64,000 nt of DNA, from contig CAVAWT010000007.1 of NCBI GenBank assembly GCA_963592435.1, positions 1,297 through 65,296 on the forward strand. The letters run 5' to 3'. Position numbers and translations under genes: made by a program. Below are positions 53,754-62,444 of this stretch, piece after piece (position 1 is the first letter of the stretch; each line of letters opens with the position of its first letter). Origin of the DNA: Oribacterium sp. (GTDB taxonomy: Bacteria > Actinomycetota > Coriobacteriia > Coriobacteriales > Eggerthellaceae). Under the pieces are notes generated by a model. It did no database searches. It was not told the origin of the DNA and saw nothing but the letters and a program-made list of their open reading frames with translations.

Positions 53754-54893
53754 ATGGCATTAAGTGAAAGAAAGAAAGGTTTAAACGTGAAGGAAGGGAG
53801 CACTTCAAAAAGCATCCCTTGGTTAACCCTTGCGCTTGTCTTTTTCTTGGGCGCACTGCTTTTTGGTGTTGGTGGCACTTTTGCGGCTCTCACAGACGCT
53901 CAAAAACATGACGACTTGAACGCCTATCCTGATGGCAAGTTAATAAATAAAGGTGAAGCAATCGGAGAGGTCGAAGCCTATCCTGGACTTGCAATTGACA
54001 GAACTGTCGTCGCCAAAAATGAAGGCAAACAAGAGATGTATGTTCGCATGCAACTTTCTAAAGTTTGGGTTCAGAAGAACTCAAGTGGCAAGTGGGAAAA
54101 AACAACCGACACATCGCTTCAAACAGATTTCATTGAAATTGTGCTCGATGACACAAGCTCCTGGATTGATGGCGGAGACGGCTGGTATTATTACAAATCG
54201 TCCATCAAGGCAGGGGATCAGAGCACTTCTTTGTTGAAACAAGTCAAGCTCTCTGATGACATTGGAGAGGACCAAAACGACAACTGGTATCATGAAGTCA
54301 CGACTTCGAGTAAATATGTTGGCAAAGCAGCGCAGGTTGCTGTGACGATGCAGTGCACCGCAGAGCCAATCGTCCACACAGTTAAAGTCAACACAAATGG
54401 TGGCACGGAGATTGACGACATCGTCGTCGAGGACGGGAAAATCGTTAAACGCCCTTCAGACCCTGTGCGAGCAGGCTACACTTTTGCAGGTTGGTATGCA
54501 GATGAAGCGTGCACGATTCCTTATGACTTCGATGCTCCTGTGACTGGTGACATAACGCTTTATGCCAAGTGGACAAAAAATCCTGATCCTGTTGATCCAG
54601 ACGACCCAGACGATCCAGACGACCCAGTTGATCCAGTTGATCCCGTTGATCCAACGCCAAGCGACAGCGGAAATTCAACGACTAATGAGACTGTTACCCC
54701 AACAGTTCATCTTGTCGAAGCAACGTCCTATGGCGACGATGCGTCAACGCAAACAACAGCCAATCTCGTTCAAACAGGGGACGGGTTTTCGACGACGACA
54801 ACAATTTTGTTTGCTTTAGCCGCAATCTCGCTTGTTGGTTGTCTCTCAGCATTTTTCTTCGCAGCGCGTCGTTCTCGCGAAGATGAAGAATAA
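53754..54893 (+). CDS. TasA/camelysin-like protein (4 of 4) with one Listeria-Bacteroides repeat, Pro/Asp linker and LPXTG-like (LVQTG) sorting signal
   Basis: 'LFGVGGTFAALTDAQ'. 'HTVKVNTNGG...GYTFAGWY...ITLYAKW'. 'NPDPVDPDDPDDPDDPVDPVDPVDP'. C-terminal 'LVQTGD' (54765-54779), then a hydrophobic stretch and 'ARRSREDEE'. Confidence 0.7.
   Translation: MALSERKKGLNVKEGSTSKSIPWLTLALVFFLGALLFGVGGTFAALTDAQKHDDLNAYPDGKLINKGEAIGEVEAYPGLAIDRTVVAKNEGKQEMYVRMQLSKVWVQKNSSGKWEKTTDTSLQTDFIEIVLDDTSSWIDGGDGWYYYKSSIKAGDQSTSLLKQVKLSDDIGEDQNDNWYHEVTTSSKYVGKAAQVAVTMQCTAEPIVHTVKVNTNGGTEIDDIVVEDGKIVKRPSDPVRAGYTFAGWYADEACTIPYDFDAPVTGDITLYAKWTKNPDPVDPDDPDDPDDPVDPVDPVDPTPSDSGNSTTNETVTPTVHLVEATSYGDDASTQTTANLVQTGDGFSTTTTILFALAAISLVGCLSAFFFAARRSREDEE
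54581..54653 (+). repeat. Short imperfect tandem coding repeat (Pro-Asp / Pro-Val-Asp linker)
   Basis: 'cct gat cct gtt gat cca gac gac cca gac gat cca gac gac cca gtt gat cca gtt gat ccc gtt gat cca'. Confidence 0.7.
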
Positions 54894-54912
54894 TAAGATA
54901 ATAGAGTTTTTC

Positions 54913-55425
54913 TCAAATAAAAAACTGGATTATAAAACTACCAAGAGTGCCGATTGTCCAAAACGGTGCAAACGGAAGTGTTATTTCTGAAAAATTTTGA
55001 CCTTTAACTTTCTTAAAAATTGAAACCATTACCTGAAGAAAGCAAGCTATGAGTAGCGAGATCGCTAGTGCTTCAAAGGTTAAAAAAAGACAAGTTGAGC
55101 CAACAAGTTTTATGTCGCCACCCCCAAAGAGCTCCTTGTTTTGAATTTTCTCAAATCCAACAGTGACAACGAGAAGGACAATGAGAATACCAAGAGCAAA
55201 AACAACTTGAGAAGCTGTGTCGGTTGTTGAAAAGCTCTTCCTAGAAAAAGCCCATACCAGCGCATTTTCAACTGCAAAAATTGCAACAATAAACATCGGA
55301 TAGCAGTTTGGAATCTCCCGTGTTTTTATGTCAGACTTCGAGGCACCAAAAAGACATACGAGAACTGCAATTTCAGTGATTGTCCTCGCGATTTGTGCAA
55401 AATCGAAGCTAGGGATTGAAAACAT
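54913..55425 (-). CDS. A24-family prepilin-peptidase-like membrane aspartyl protease (CpaA/FlaK-like, short form)
   Basis: 'SKSDIKTREIPN' and 'FGGGDIKLVG' match the two catalytic Asp blocks in a polytopic membrane protein. Its start codon directly abuts the purA stop. Confidence 0.7.
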   Translation of the reverse strand: MFSIPSFDFAQIARTITEIAVLVCLFGASKSDIKTREIPNCYPMFIVAIFAVENALVWAFSRKSFSTTDTASQVVFALGILIVLLVVTVGFEKIQNKELFGGGDIKLVGSTCLFLTFEALAISLLIACFLQVMVSIFKKVKGQNFSEITLPFAPFWTIGTLGSFIIQFFI

Positions 55426-56730
55426 TTATCTCTCTATCGTTTGATTTCTTTCTGGACCAGTTGAGATGAATGTCATTTTGACGCCGATTTGTTCTTCTAA
55501 GAAGTTGATGTAGGACTGAGCGTTTTGTGGAAGATCCTCAAACTTTGTGCATGAACTGATGTCTTCACCTTTCCATCCAGGCAATTCGACATAGACTGGT
55601 TCAGTATGGAACAAGACTGATTGCTGCATCGGGAAATAGTCATATTTTTTGCCACCGCATTCATATGCAACACACACTTTGAGGGTGTCAAACGATGAGA
55701 GAACATCGAGTTTTGTTAGAGCTATGCGAGTGAGACCGTGGATGTCTGCAGAATATCTCCCAACGACTGCATCGAACCATCCACATCTGCGTTTGCGTCC
55801 AGTCGTCGTTCCAAACTCGTGACCCTCTTTGCAAAGAGTCTCGCCATCGATTGCATCCTGTCCCGAGCCTCCCGTCTCTTCAAAGAGGAGTTCGGTTGGG
55901 AACGGTCCTTCTCCGACGCGTGTTGTGTAGGCTTTCATTATCCCTAAAACGTCGTTTATGTGTGTTGGACCAACTCCTGATCCAGTGCAAGCTCCTCCCG
56001 AACAGCAGTTCGACGATGTGACAAAAGGATAGGTTCCATGGTCAACGTCAAGCATTGAGGCTTGAGCACCTTCAAAGAGGATGTTTTTGTTTGCCCGAAT
56101 AGCGTCATTTAGGAGTTGCGCAGTTTCTGCAACGTGCTTCTTTAAAATTCGAGCATAATCGAGGTATTCCTCCATGATTTCATCGACTGAAAATGTTTGC
56201 AGACAATAAACCTTTGACAAAATCGCATTCGTTCTTTCAAGAACAGTTTCAAGTTTTAGTCTGAAAATTTTCTCGTCGAGCAAATCTTGGATTCTGATTC
56301 CGCGACGAGCGACTTTGTCTTGGTAGCAAGGTCCAATCCCTCGCTTCGTTGTGCCAATTTTGTTTTTGCCGAGGCGCTTCTCATCTGCTCCGTCAAGAAC
56401 TTTATGGTAGGGCATGATGACGTGAGCATCGCAAGAAATTTTCAAGTTTTCGCAGCTTATGTTTTCGTTTTGAAGCATCGCCATTTCTTTGACGAGAACG
56501 CCTGGATCGATGACACAACCGTTTCCTATGACAGGAGTGCACTTTTTGCTCAAAACTCCACTTGGCATGAGGTGGAGTTGCAATTTTGTGTCACCCACGA
56601 TAACAGTGTGTCCAGCGTTGTTTCCGCCAGCGCACCTGACAACATAATCATAATTCCCACTTATGAGATCTGTGATTTTACCCTTGCCTTCGTCTCCCCA
56701 CTGGCAACCAACGATCACTGTTGAAGTCAT
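55426..56730 (-). CDS. purA: Adenylosuccinate synthetase
   Basis: 'GCQWGDEGKGKITD', 'GGNNAGHTV', 'GTTKRGIGPCY', 'GTTTGRKRRCGW'. Confidence 0.92.
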   Translation of the reverse strand: MTSTVIVGCQWGDEGKGKITDLISGNYDYVVRCAGGNNAGHTVIVGDTKLQLHLMPSGVLSKKCTPVIGNGCVIDPGVLVKEMAMLQNENISCENLKISCDAHVIMPYHKVLDGADEKRLGKNKIGTTKRGIGPCYQDKVARRGIRIQDLLDEKIFRLKLETVLERTNAILSKVYCLQTFSVDEIMEEYLDYARILKKHVAETAQLLNDAIRANKNILFEGAQASMLDVDHGTYPFVTSSNCCSGGACTGSGVGPTHINDVLGIMKAYTTRVGEGPFPTELLFEETGGSGQDAIDGETLCKEGHEFGTTTGRKRRCGWFDAVVGRYSADIHGLTRIALTKLDVLSSFDTLKVCVAYECGGKKYDYFPMQQSVLFHTEPVYVELPGWKGEDISSCTKFEDLPQNAQSYINFLEEQIGVKMTFISTGPERNQTIER

Positions 56731-56770
56731 TTTCTTCTTCTCTCCTTTACTTTAATTTATCTAATCTGAC

Positions 56771-57952
56771 CTAGAGATTATTGTCTTCCACATATTTTTG
56801 AACGCGTTCAAAAATTGAGTTTCTTTCTTTCAAATTTTCAAGAAATGCGTCAACATCGCCTTCTCTTTTTGATTTGAATTCTTCATCGATGATGTCTGTT
56901 ATTTCGCGATCCCATGCTTTAGCAATGGTGCTTGCCTGAGATTTTAAAGAATTGTAGGTGTCGTTCTGTGCTTTTAACTCTTCAGAATTTCTGTTTATGT
57001 AGGCACTGGCTGCTGCGATTGTGGCATCTTGTGCCGAAGAATAGAGCTTGCAAAACTCAACGTAACTTTCAAGTTCCTTGCATGAGCTTGAAAAAACGGA
57101 CGAGTCTTTTTTTGCTGTACTAATTGCGCTTTCAAAGCCCGACATTGCTTCTGCAACTGCGTTTTTCGATTCTGTTGCTGCCTGAATTGCTCTTTGTGCA
57201 TCATCAGAAGTGCCTTTCAAAAGATATGTTGTCGCTTGCCCATCAGCAGTGTTTGCTTCAGTCATCTTCTGAAACGCCGACTTCGCATTTGTTCGAATTG
57301 ACAGATAGGGAAGTGCATATTCAAGGACGTTGAAGTCTTCTTCAAGCACTTGCAATTCTTTGTTTATGAGCGACAAAGAGTTGTTTCCGATCTCTCGTTC
57401 AACTGGAGTTCCGATGTCTTTCAATGTTTCAGTCATGTTCTCTTTGTTTTTTTCAAGTGAGCTTTTTTTGGCAACTGCAATTTTTTCATATTTTTCCATG
57501 TCGCTGATCTTGACGCTTTGTGAGATTTCTGCTCCTTCGGCAGTCAAAAGTGTCTTGATCGACTCATGAAAATCAGAAAGGGCAACCGAATCGTTTTTGG
57601 CGCTGACAATTTCAGTTTGCAATTGTGCTAAGGAGCCTGATTGTTGTTGCATCCAAGCTGCTACTCCCAAAATGGCGATGGCAGTCAAAGCTAGGAAAAT
57701 CGTTATCGAAACGAGAACAACAATCAACTTTGAGTGAAAGTTCGATGAATAGCTTTTCTTCACTGCTCGCTGTGAAATGTCCCAAGGATCTGGTCTTTTT
57801 GCAGTTACGGAGTCGATTTTTTTCTTTTGCAAAACGTCGAAAGAAATTTCGTTTGAAGATCCAATCGTTTTTTCGATCACATGGCCGTGTTTCAGACTTT
57901 TTTGCTTTTTATCTTTTTTCGATTTTTTTTCTTTTTTTGATTTTCCCATCAA
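56771..57952 (-). CDS. Hypothetical bitopic membrane protein, Lys-rich N-terminus and long helical/coiled-coil ectodomain
   Basis: 'MMGKSKKEKKSKKDKKQKS'. TM 'LIVVLVSITIFLALTAIAILGVAAW'. The rest has heptad-like A/E/K/S-rich composition. Confidence 0.5.
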   Translation of the reverse strand: MMGKSKKEKKSKKDKKQKSLKHGHVIEKTIGSSNEISFDVLQKKKIDSVTAKRPDPWDISQRAVKKSYSSNFHSKLIVVLVSITIFLALTAIAILGVAAWMQQQSGSLAQLQTEIVSAKNDSVALSDFHESIKTLLTAEGAEISQSVKISDMEKYEKIAVAKKSSLEKNKENMTETLKDIGTPVEREIGNNSLSLINKELQVLEEDFNVLEYALPYLSIRTNAKSAFQKMTEANTADGQATTYLLKGTSDDAQRAIQAATESKNAVAEAMSGFESAISTAKKDSSVFSSSCKELESYVEFCKLYSSAQDATIAAASAYINRNSEELKAQNDTYNSLKSQASTIAKAWDREITDIIDEEFKSKREGDVDAFLENLKERNSIFERVQKYVEDNNL

Positions 57953-58049
57953 AAATTGTCTTTTCTTGTTTCACACATAATTTTTTTCTTGCCTATAATT
58001 TTACTTCATGTCTTATCATAAGAGGATAAAACTAAAGGAGATTGCTAAG

Positions 58050-59231
58050 ATGATTAATGAAAAAATGTTCAATCTTGGAAGCGAGCCTAGCGTCATTCGA
58101 GAGCTTTTTATGTGGGGACTGGCGAGAAAAAAAGAAGTGGGAGCTGAAAATGTCTTCGATTTTTCAATTGGAAACCCAAGCGTGCCTGCTCCAGAAGCTG
58201 TGAAGGAATCAATCGTCAAACACATGCAACACGACCCAGTGTCGCTTCATGCCTATTCTGTCGCCTCTGGAATTCAAGAGGTTCGGGAAGTCGTTGCTGA
58301 CCACATTTCAAAATCGTTCGATTTCAAGGCAAGTGCAAAAAACCTATTTTTGACTGCTGGCGCATCAGGTGCTCTTTCAGCATCATTTTCGGCTGTTTGT
58401 AACCCAGGAGATGAGGTCATTGTCCCTGCTCCCTATTTTCCAGAATATGCAACATGGATTGCAACCGCTGCTTCAAAACTTGTTGCAGTTGATTGTGACC
58501 AAAAAACTTTTCAGCTAGATGTAAGCAAAATTGAGCAAGCGATAACACCGAAAACAAGCGCTGTCGTCGTTAATTCGCCGAACAATCCAACGGGTGCTGT
58601 CTACACTCGCGAATCGTTGGAAGATCTAGCGCGGGTTTTACATGAAAAAGAAAAGGAATTTGGAACGAAAATTTACATAATTTCTGATGAACCCTATCGC
58701 GAGATAACTTATGGCGCAGAAGTTCCGTGGATCCCAGAAATCTATGCTCGAACAATCATTTGCTATTCTTTCAGTAAAACTCTGTCTTTGCCAGGAGAAA
58801 GAATTGGATGGGCCTATGTTTCCGATGCGATGGATGAAGCAAGTGAGGTTGCAACATCAATTGCAGGTGCCGCGCGTGCGCTCGGTCACATTTGTGCACC
58901 AGTGCTTTTTCAGCGCGTCATGGCAGATTGCATCGATGTCGAAACAGACGTTTCGCCTTATGCAGAAAACAGAGATCTTTTGACAAAATTGCTTCAAACT
59001 TTGGGCTTTGAATATGCCGAGCCTGAAGGAGCGTTTTATCTTTGGATGAAAGCAAAAGAGAAAAGTGCAAAAGCGTTTTCTGACCGTGCGCGCGATCTTG
59101 ATTTGCTAATTGTGCCTTCTGAAAGTTTTGGAGCGCAAGGTTGGGCTCGACTTTCCTATTGCATCTCTAAAGAGACGATCCTCAATTCTCGTCCAGCTTT
59201 TCAAAAATTGGCTGAGTCATATGAAAGTTAA
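58050..59231 (+). CDS. PLP-dependent aminotransferase, class I/II (aspartate-aminotransferase-like)
   Basis: 'NSPNNPTG' and 'SFSKTLSLPGERIGW' (PLP-Lys block). ATG 58050 lies 10 nt after 'AAGGAG'. The track starts at 58008. Confidence 0.8.
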   Translation: MINEKMFNLGSEPSVIRELFMWGLARKKEVGAENVFDFSIGNPSVPAPEAVKESIVKHMQHDPVSLHAYSVASGIQEVREVVADHISKSFDFKASAKNLFLTAGASGALSASFSAVCNPGDEVIVPAPYFPEYATWIATAASKLVAVDCDQKTFQLDVSKIEQAITPKTSAVVVNSPNNPTGAVYTRESLEDLARVLHEKEKEFGTKIYIISDEPYREITYGAEVPWIPEIYARTIICYSFSKTLSLPGERIGWAYVSDAMDEASEVATSIAGAARALGHICAPVLFQRVMADCIDVETDVSPYAENRDLLTKLLQTLGFEYAEPEGAFYLWMKAKEKSAKAFSDRARDLDLLIVPSESFGAQGWARLSYCISKETILNSRPAFQKLAESYES

Positions 59232-59274
59232 GTGCACTTTTCGGCTAAATGAATAAAAAGTTTAAAATCACAAT

Positions 59275-59302
59275 TGACCGAAAAGCATTTTAGTCGTATA
59301 AT
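59275..59302 (+). promoter_or_regulatory. Sigma-70-type promoter for tRNA-Leu (TTGACC-16 nt-TATAAT)
   Basis: TTGACC at 59275-59280 and TATAAT at 59297-59302. The tRNA starts 25 nt downstream of the -10 element. Confidence 0.6.
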
Positions 59303-59326
59303 TTTTAATTCGTTTGAAGAAAACGA

Positions 59327-59412
59327 GCCCGGGTGGCGGAATGGCAGACGCGTCGGTCTCAAAAACCGATGTCCTTACGGGCGTGTGGGTTCGACTCCCA
59401 CCCCGGGCACCA
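59327..59412 (+). tRNA. tRNA-Leu (anticodon CAA), type II with long variable arm, CCA encoded
   Basis: Hand fold: acceptor GCCCGGG/CCCGGGC; anticodon stem TCGGT/ACCGA with loop CTCAAAA; 15-nt variable arm; T arm GTGGG-TTCGACT-CCCAC; 3' ACCA. Confidence 0.85.
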
Positions 59413-59432
59413 GTTGATTTAAGGTTTTAATC

Positions 59433-60158
59433 GTGGGAGAAAAGTTGCTTAAGGCGATTGTTGTTGATGATGAGGCACCAGCTCGCAATGAATTGAAGTG
59501 CCTGTTAGACGAAGCAGGTGGGGTTGAAGTTGTTGCTGAGGCATCAAATGCAACAGAGGCGATTGCGTCGTTGCAAAGCAATGCTTGCGATGTGATGTTT
59601 CTCGACATTAACATGCCTGACGCAAATGGTCTCAAACTTGCAGGTGCGCTTCGCACATTGTCTTTTCCACCGAGTGTTGTCTTTGTTTCTGCATACAGCG
59701 AATATGCAGTCGATGCATTTCAAGTGAGAGCGGTGGACTATCTTTTGAAGCCAGTTGAGCTGGATCGCTTAAAAGAGTCGATAAAGATAATCGAAAATCG
59801 TCGTGCAATTCTTGCTAACCACAAAAAAACGATAAAAATTTCTTGTGAAAAATCAGGCAAAAAAATTGATGTTAACGCAAAAGACATCATTTTTGCAAGA
59901 GCTCGTGATGACTATGCATTCATACAAACTAAGACAGGAAAGTATTTCGCGGCAACTTCGCTTTCTGCAATGGAAAACGAAGTCGAACCAATCGGTTTTA
60001 TGCGTGTTCACAGGAGCTATCTTGTCAACATGAAGTTTGCAGAGCGCGTTCTTTCTGTTGAAGGTGGATCTGCTACGCTTCAATTAAAGGGCACTGACGA
60101 AAAAATTCCAGTGTCTCGCAGGAAAATTTCAATGATTAAAAAGATGTTAGATGCATAA
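59433..60158 (+). CDS. Response regulator, receiver + LytTR DNA-binding domain
   Basis: 'IVVDDE...DVMFLDINMPD...VVFVSAY...YLLKP' is the receiver. The C-terminal part has 'I.FARARDDYAFIQT', 'FMRVHRSYLVN' and 'IPVSRRK', typical of LytTR. Confidence 0.85.
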   Translation: MGEKLLKAIVVDDEAPARNELKCLLDEAGGVEVVAEASNATEAIASLQSNACDVMFLDINMPDANGLKLAGALRTLSFPPSVVFVSAYSEYAVDAFQVRAVDYLLKPVELDRLKESIKIIENRRAILANHKKTIKISCEKSGKKIDVNAKDIIFARARDDYAFIQTKTGKYFAATSLSAMENEVEPIGFMRVHRSYLVNMKFAERVLSVEGGSATLQLKGTDEKIPVSRRKISMIKKMLDA

Positions 60159-61395
60159 AGACGAACTTGTCTCAGAGTTTGAGGAAAAGCTCGAACAGGA
60201 AGTCGATGATGTCACTCATCCAAGTGTCGACAAGGAGATCCCGCTCGGCTTAAGAATTTTTGCGCTCCTTACGCTTCTCTACTCACTAGTCTACACTTTT
60301 GGAACTTTCAAAACTTTATGGAGATGGATCTTCTCGGGTGCCTACATCGATGCATCTCTCGGAATGTCGACGACAATAGTCGAGTTGACAAGCATTATCA
60401 CATTTGCGCTTTTGACGATCTGCATGATCGTTCTTTCCGTTTTGCTCCTGACAGAGAAGCGAAAATTTGCTGCACGCTTCATATATGTCGAATATATGCT
60501 CCTTGCAACAAATCTTGTCTGTCACATAATGCTTAACGGAATTCATAAATCGCTCGGAATCTACATCATCGGCTTTCTGATCTTGATCTTGTTGCAAATC
60601 TACCTCGATCCGATGCTCAGCAAAGAGCGTGAGCAAGAAAGAGCAGAACAGGACGAACGATGGAGAATTGAGCAAAGAGAGGGCATTCTTGGTTTTGATA
60701 AAACAGGAAAAGGTGCAATTGAGATAAACTTTTTCAACGTTTTTTGGATGTTTGTTGTTTGCTCATTCATCGGTCTTGTCGTGGAGGAGGTCTATCACTT
60801 CGTTTTCGTCGTTCCAGGCGAGTGGCAAGACAGAGCAGGGCTTCTGTTCGGACCATTTTCTCCGATCTATGGTTTTGGGGCGGTGATAATGAGCATTGCG
60901 CTAAATCGCCTTCACAAGCGTTCAGTCATCCTCATTTTTTTGTTTTCAGCGATCATTGGAGGGCTCTTTGAAGCGTTCGTTGCCTATTTCATGCAGTTTG
61001 CTTTCGGTGCTGTTGCATGGGACTATTCCAACGAGGTTTTGCCACTATTCGGAGGGAAAACATGCCTGAAATTTATGATAATGTGGGGCTTCATGGGCGC
61101 AGTGTGGCTAAAAGTCGTCATGCCAACGGTCGTCAAAATCATCAATAAAATTCCTTGGAACTGGAGATATTTCTTAACAACGGTTGCCTCTGCCCTCATG
61201 CTGACTAATGCTATCATGACCTTGCAGGCGCTTGATTGCTGGTATGAGCGCGTGTCTTCAGGTGGTGAGACTGTTAACAATTCCAACATAACAAAGTTTT
61301 ACGCAACTCATTTCGACGATGACTACATGGAGAAGCGCTTCGAATCGATGACAATTGTTCCTGACGATGCTGTCAGAAACAATCATTCACAATAA
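60151..61395 (+). CDS. Polytopic membrane protein overlapping the LytTR regulator gene; the C-terminal half resembles what I recall of the 'putative ABC-transporter type IV' membrane domain
   Basis: The ATG overlaps the regulator's stop by 8 nt. About 5 TM segments, a charged linker 'EREQERAEQDERWRIEQREG', then 'FWMFVVCSFIGLVVEEVYH...GPFSPIYGFGAV'. No histidine-kinase H-box or ATPase motifs. Confidence 0.5.
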   Translation: MHKDELVSEFEEKLEQEVDDVTHPSVDKEIPLGLRIFALLTLLYSLVYTFGTFKTLWRWIFSGAYIDASLGMSTTIVELTSIITFALLTICMIVLSVLLLTEKRKFAARFIYVEYMLLATNLVCHIMLNGIHKSLGIYIIGFLILILLQIYLDPMLSKEREQERAEQDERWRIEQREGILGFDKTGKGAIEINFFNVFWMFVVCSFIGLVVEEVYHFVFVVPGEWQDRAGLLFGPFSPIYGFGAVIMSIALNRLHKRSVILIFLFSAIIGGLFEAFVAYFMQFAFGAVAWDYSNEVLPLFGGKTCLKFMIMWGFMGAVWLKVVMPTVVKIINKIPWNWRYFLTTVASALMLTNAIMTLQALDCWYERVSSGGETVNNSNITKFYATHFDDDYMEKRFESMTIVPDDAVRNNHSQ

Positions 61396-61461
61396 TTTAC
61401 AACTTGTAAATTATGAATACTTAAGACCTCTGTTTAATTTTGCAGGACTTAAAAGTTTTCT

Positions 61462-61490
61462 TTGTCAATTGTCGAAACTTTCTTTATAAT
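61462..61490 (+). promoter_or_regulatory. Sigma-70-type promoter for tRNA-Ser (TTGTCA-17 nt-TATAAT)
   Basis: TTGTCA at 61462-61467 and TATAAT at 61485-61490. The tRNA starts 20 nt downstream. Confidence 0.55.
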
Positions 61491-61509
61491 TAAGTTTCTT
61501 AAAAAATAT

Positions 61510-61602
61510 GGAGGGGTGGCTGAGCGGTTGAAGGCGGCGGTCTCGAAAATCGTTGTGCAGCTGAATGCTGTACCCAGGGTTCGAATCCCTGCCCCTCCGC
61601 CA
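61510..61602 (+). tRNA. tRNA-Ser (anticodon CGA), type II with long variable arm, CCA encoded
   Basis: Hand fold: acceptor GGAGGGG/CCCCTCC; D region GCTGAGCGGTTGAAGGC; anticodon loop CTCGAAA; ~21-nt variable arm; T arm CAGGG-TTCGAAT-CCCTG; 3' GCCA. Confidence 0.8.
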
Positions 61603-61630
61603 TTTTATAACTTAGCAAGGAGCAAAGAAG

Positions 61631-62095
61631 ATGCAAGATAGAGACATAAAAATCGACAACGTGGCACTCTCTGATGTTCCTGAAGATCTCTTAAATAACA
61701 TCGTTTATGCCTTGGAAGAAGGCAAAAAAATTCTTGAGACGGCAACGCACGGACAAAGCTTCGCTCCTTTCACAGCGATTGTTGTTGGGGAAGAAGTTTA
61801 TTTGGAGTCATACGACTCTGAAGATGCCGACGTTGCATTTGAAAAAGCACACAAAAAAGTGAAGAAAAAAAAGGGTGCAATAAGCTATGCTTTTTGTTAC
61901 GATGGCTTCGTCGAAACTGAGGACGGCGAGAGAGATGCAGTCATCGCAGAGGGAGCAAAACCTGACTCTGAGTGCGGTTTTGCGATCGCTATGCCCTATG
62001 AAATGAAAGGCAAAGCTGAAAAAGGAAAAGCAAAATTCGAGTTCAATGACGGAAGTGTTTTTCTTGGAGAAGCCCCAAATTTCTTTCACAAATAA
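61631..62095 (+). CDS. Hypothetical cytoplasmic protein
   Basis: 154-aa ORF. ATG lies 6 nt after 'AAGGAG'. No motif I recognise. Confidence 0.5.
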   Translation: MQDRDIKIDNVALSDVPEDLLNNIVYALEEGKKILETATHGQSFAPFTAIVVGEEVYLESYDSEDADVAFEKAHKKVKKKKGAISYAFCYDGFVETEDGERDAVIAEGAKPDSECGFAIAMPYEMKGKAEKGKAKFEFNDGSVFLGEAPNFFHK

Positions 62096-62186
62096 TTCAC
62101 AGCTTCGTTCACAAATAAATCACGTTTTTTAACACTTTCTTATTCATAAAACAGTGACGTTTTTGTTTCCGTTTTATGGAATCTTC

Positions 62187-62224
62187 AAACTAACATGTTG
62201 TTTTAAGAGATGTTAGTTTTTGTT
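62187..62224 (+). terminator. Possible rho-independent terminator (AT-rich 10-bp stem, 13-nt loop, T-run)
   Basis: 'aaactaacat' (62187-62196) pairs with 'atgttagttt' (62210-62219) and is followed by 'ttg'. The stem is weak and has few GC pairs. Confidence 0.35.
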
Positions 62225-62359
62225 GGAACAATCGGCCACCAACAAAACTTTCGTCTTGCGTAAACATCCGCATGCTTGACTTTAAAGTAAATCGAGCGTT
62301 AGTTTGAGAGGAGTAAAAGAATTATCGAGTAAAAAAAAGGGCGCGGTTTGTAATTTAAG

Positions 62360-62368
62360 TGATATAAT
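62360..62368 (+). promoter_or_regulatory. Candidate extended -10 promoter (TGaTATAAT) for the rpsF operon
   Basis: 'tgatataat' at 62360-62368, about 76 nt upstream of the rpsF ATG. No clear -35 hexamer. Confidence 0.35.
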
Positions 62369-62444
62369 GATTGAGCTTTATAAAACCTGCCTCGGATGGC
62401 ACACCGAAACCGAGGCCGAATTTAGACCAGAGGAGGTGAAGTTC

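Noticed and set aside
54581-54653. Short tandem DNA repeats (gat-cca-gac-gac-cca...) checked as a possible CRISPR array or VNTR
   Set aside because: The units are 6-9 nt, in frame, and encode a Pro/Asp linker inside a CDS. There is no spacer-repeat architecture.
59375-59656. 93-aa minus-strand ORF overlapping tRNA-Leu and the response-regulator gene
   Set aside because: It overlaps a confidently folded tRNA and a motif-supported CDS on the other strand. It has no RBS and odd composition.
61394-61412. 19-bp perfect palindrome 'aatttacaa-c-ttgtaaatt' overlapping the stop of the membrane-protein gene, considered as an operator or terminator
   Set aside because: It is AT-rich. Its 1-nt centre cannot form a stable hairpin loop and no T-run follows. 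A 9-bp inverted repeat with a small spacer is expected about once by chance in a window of this size. LytTR sites are normally direct repeats.
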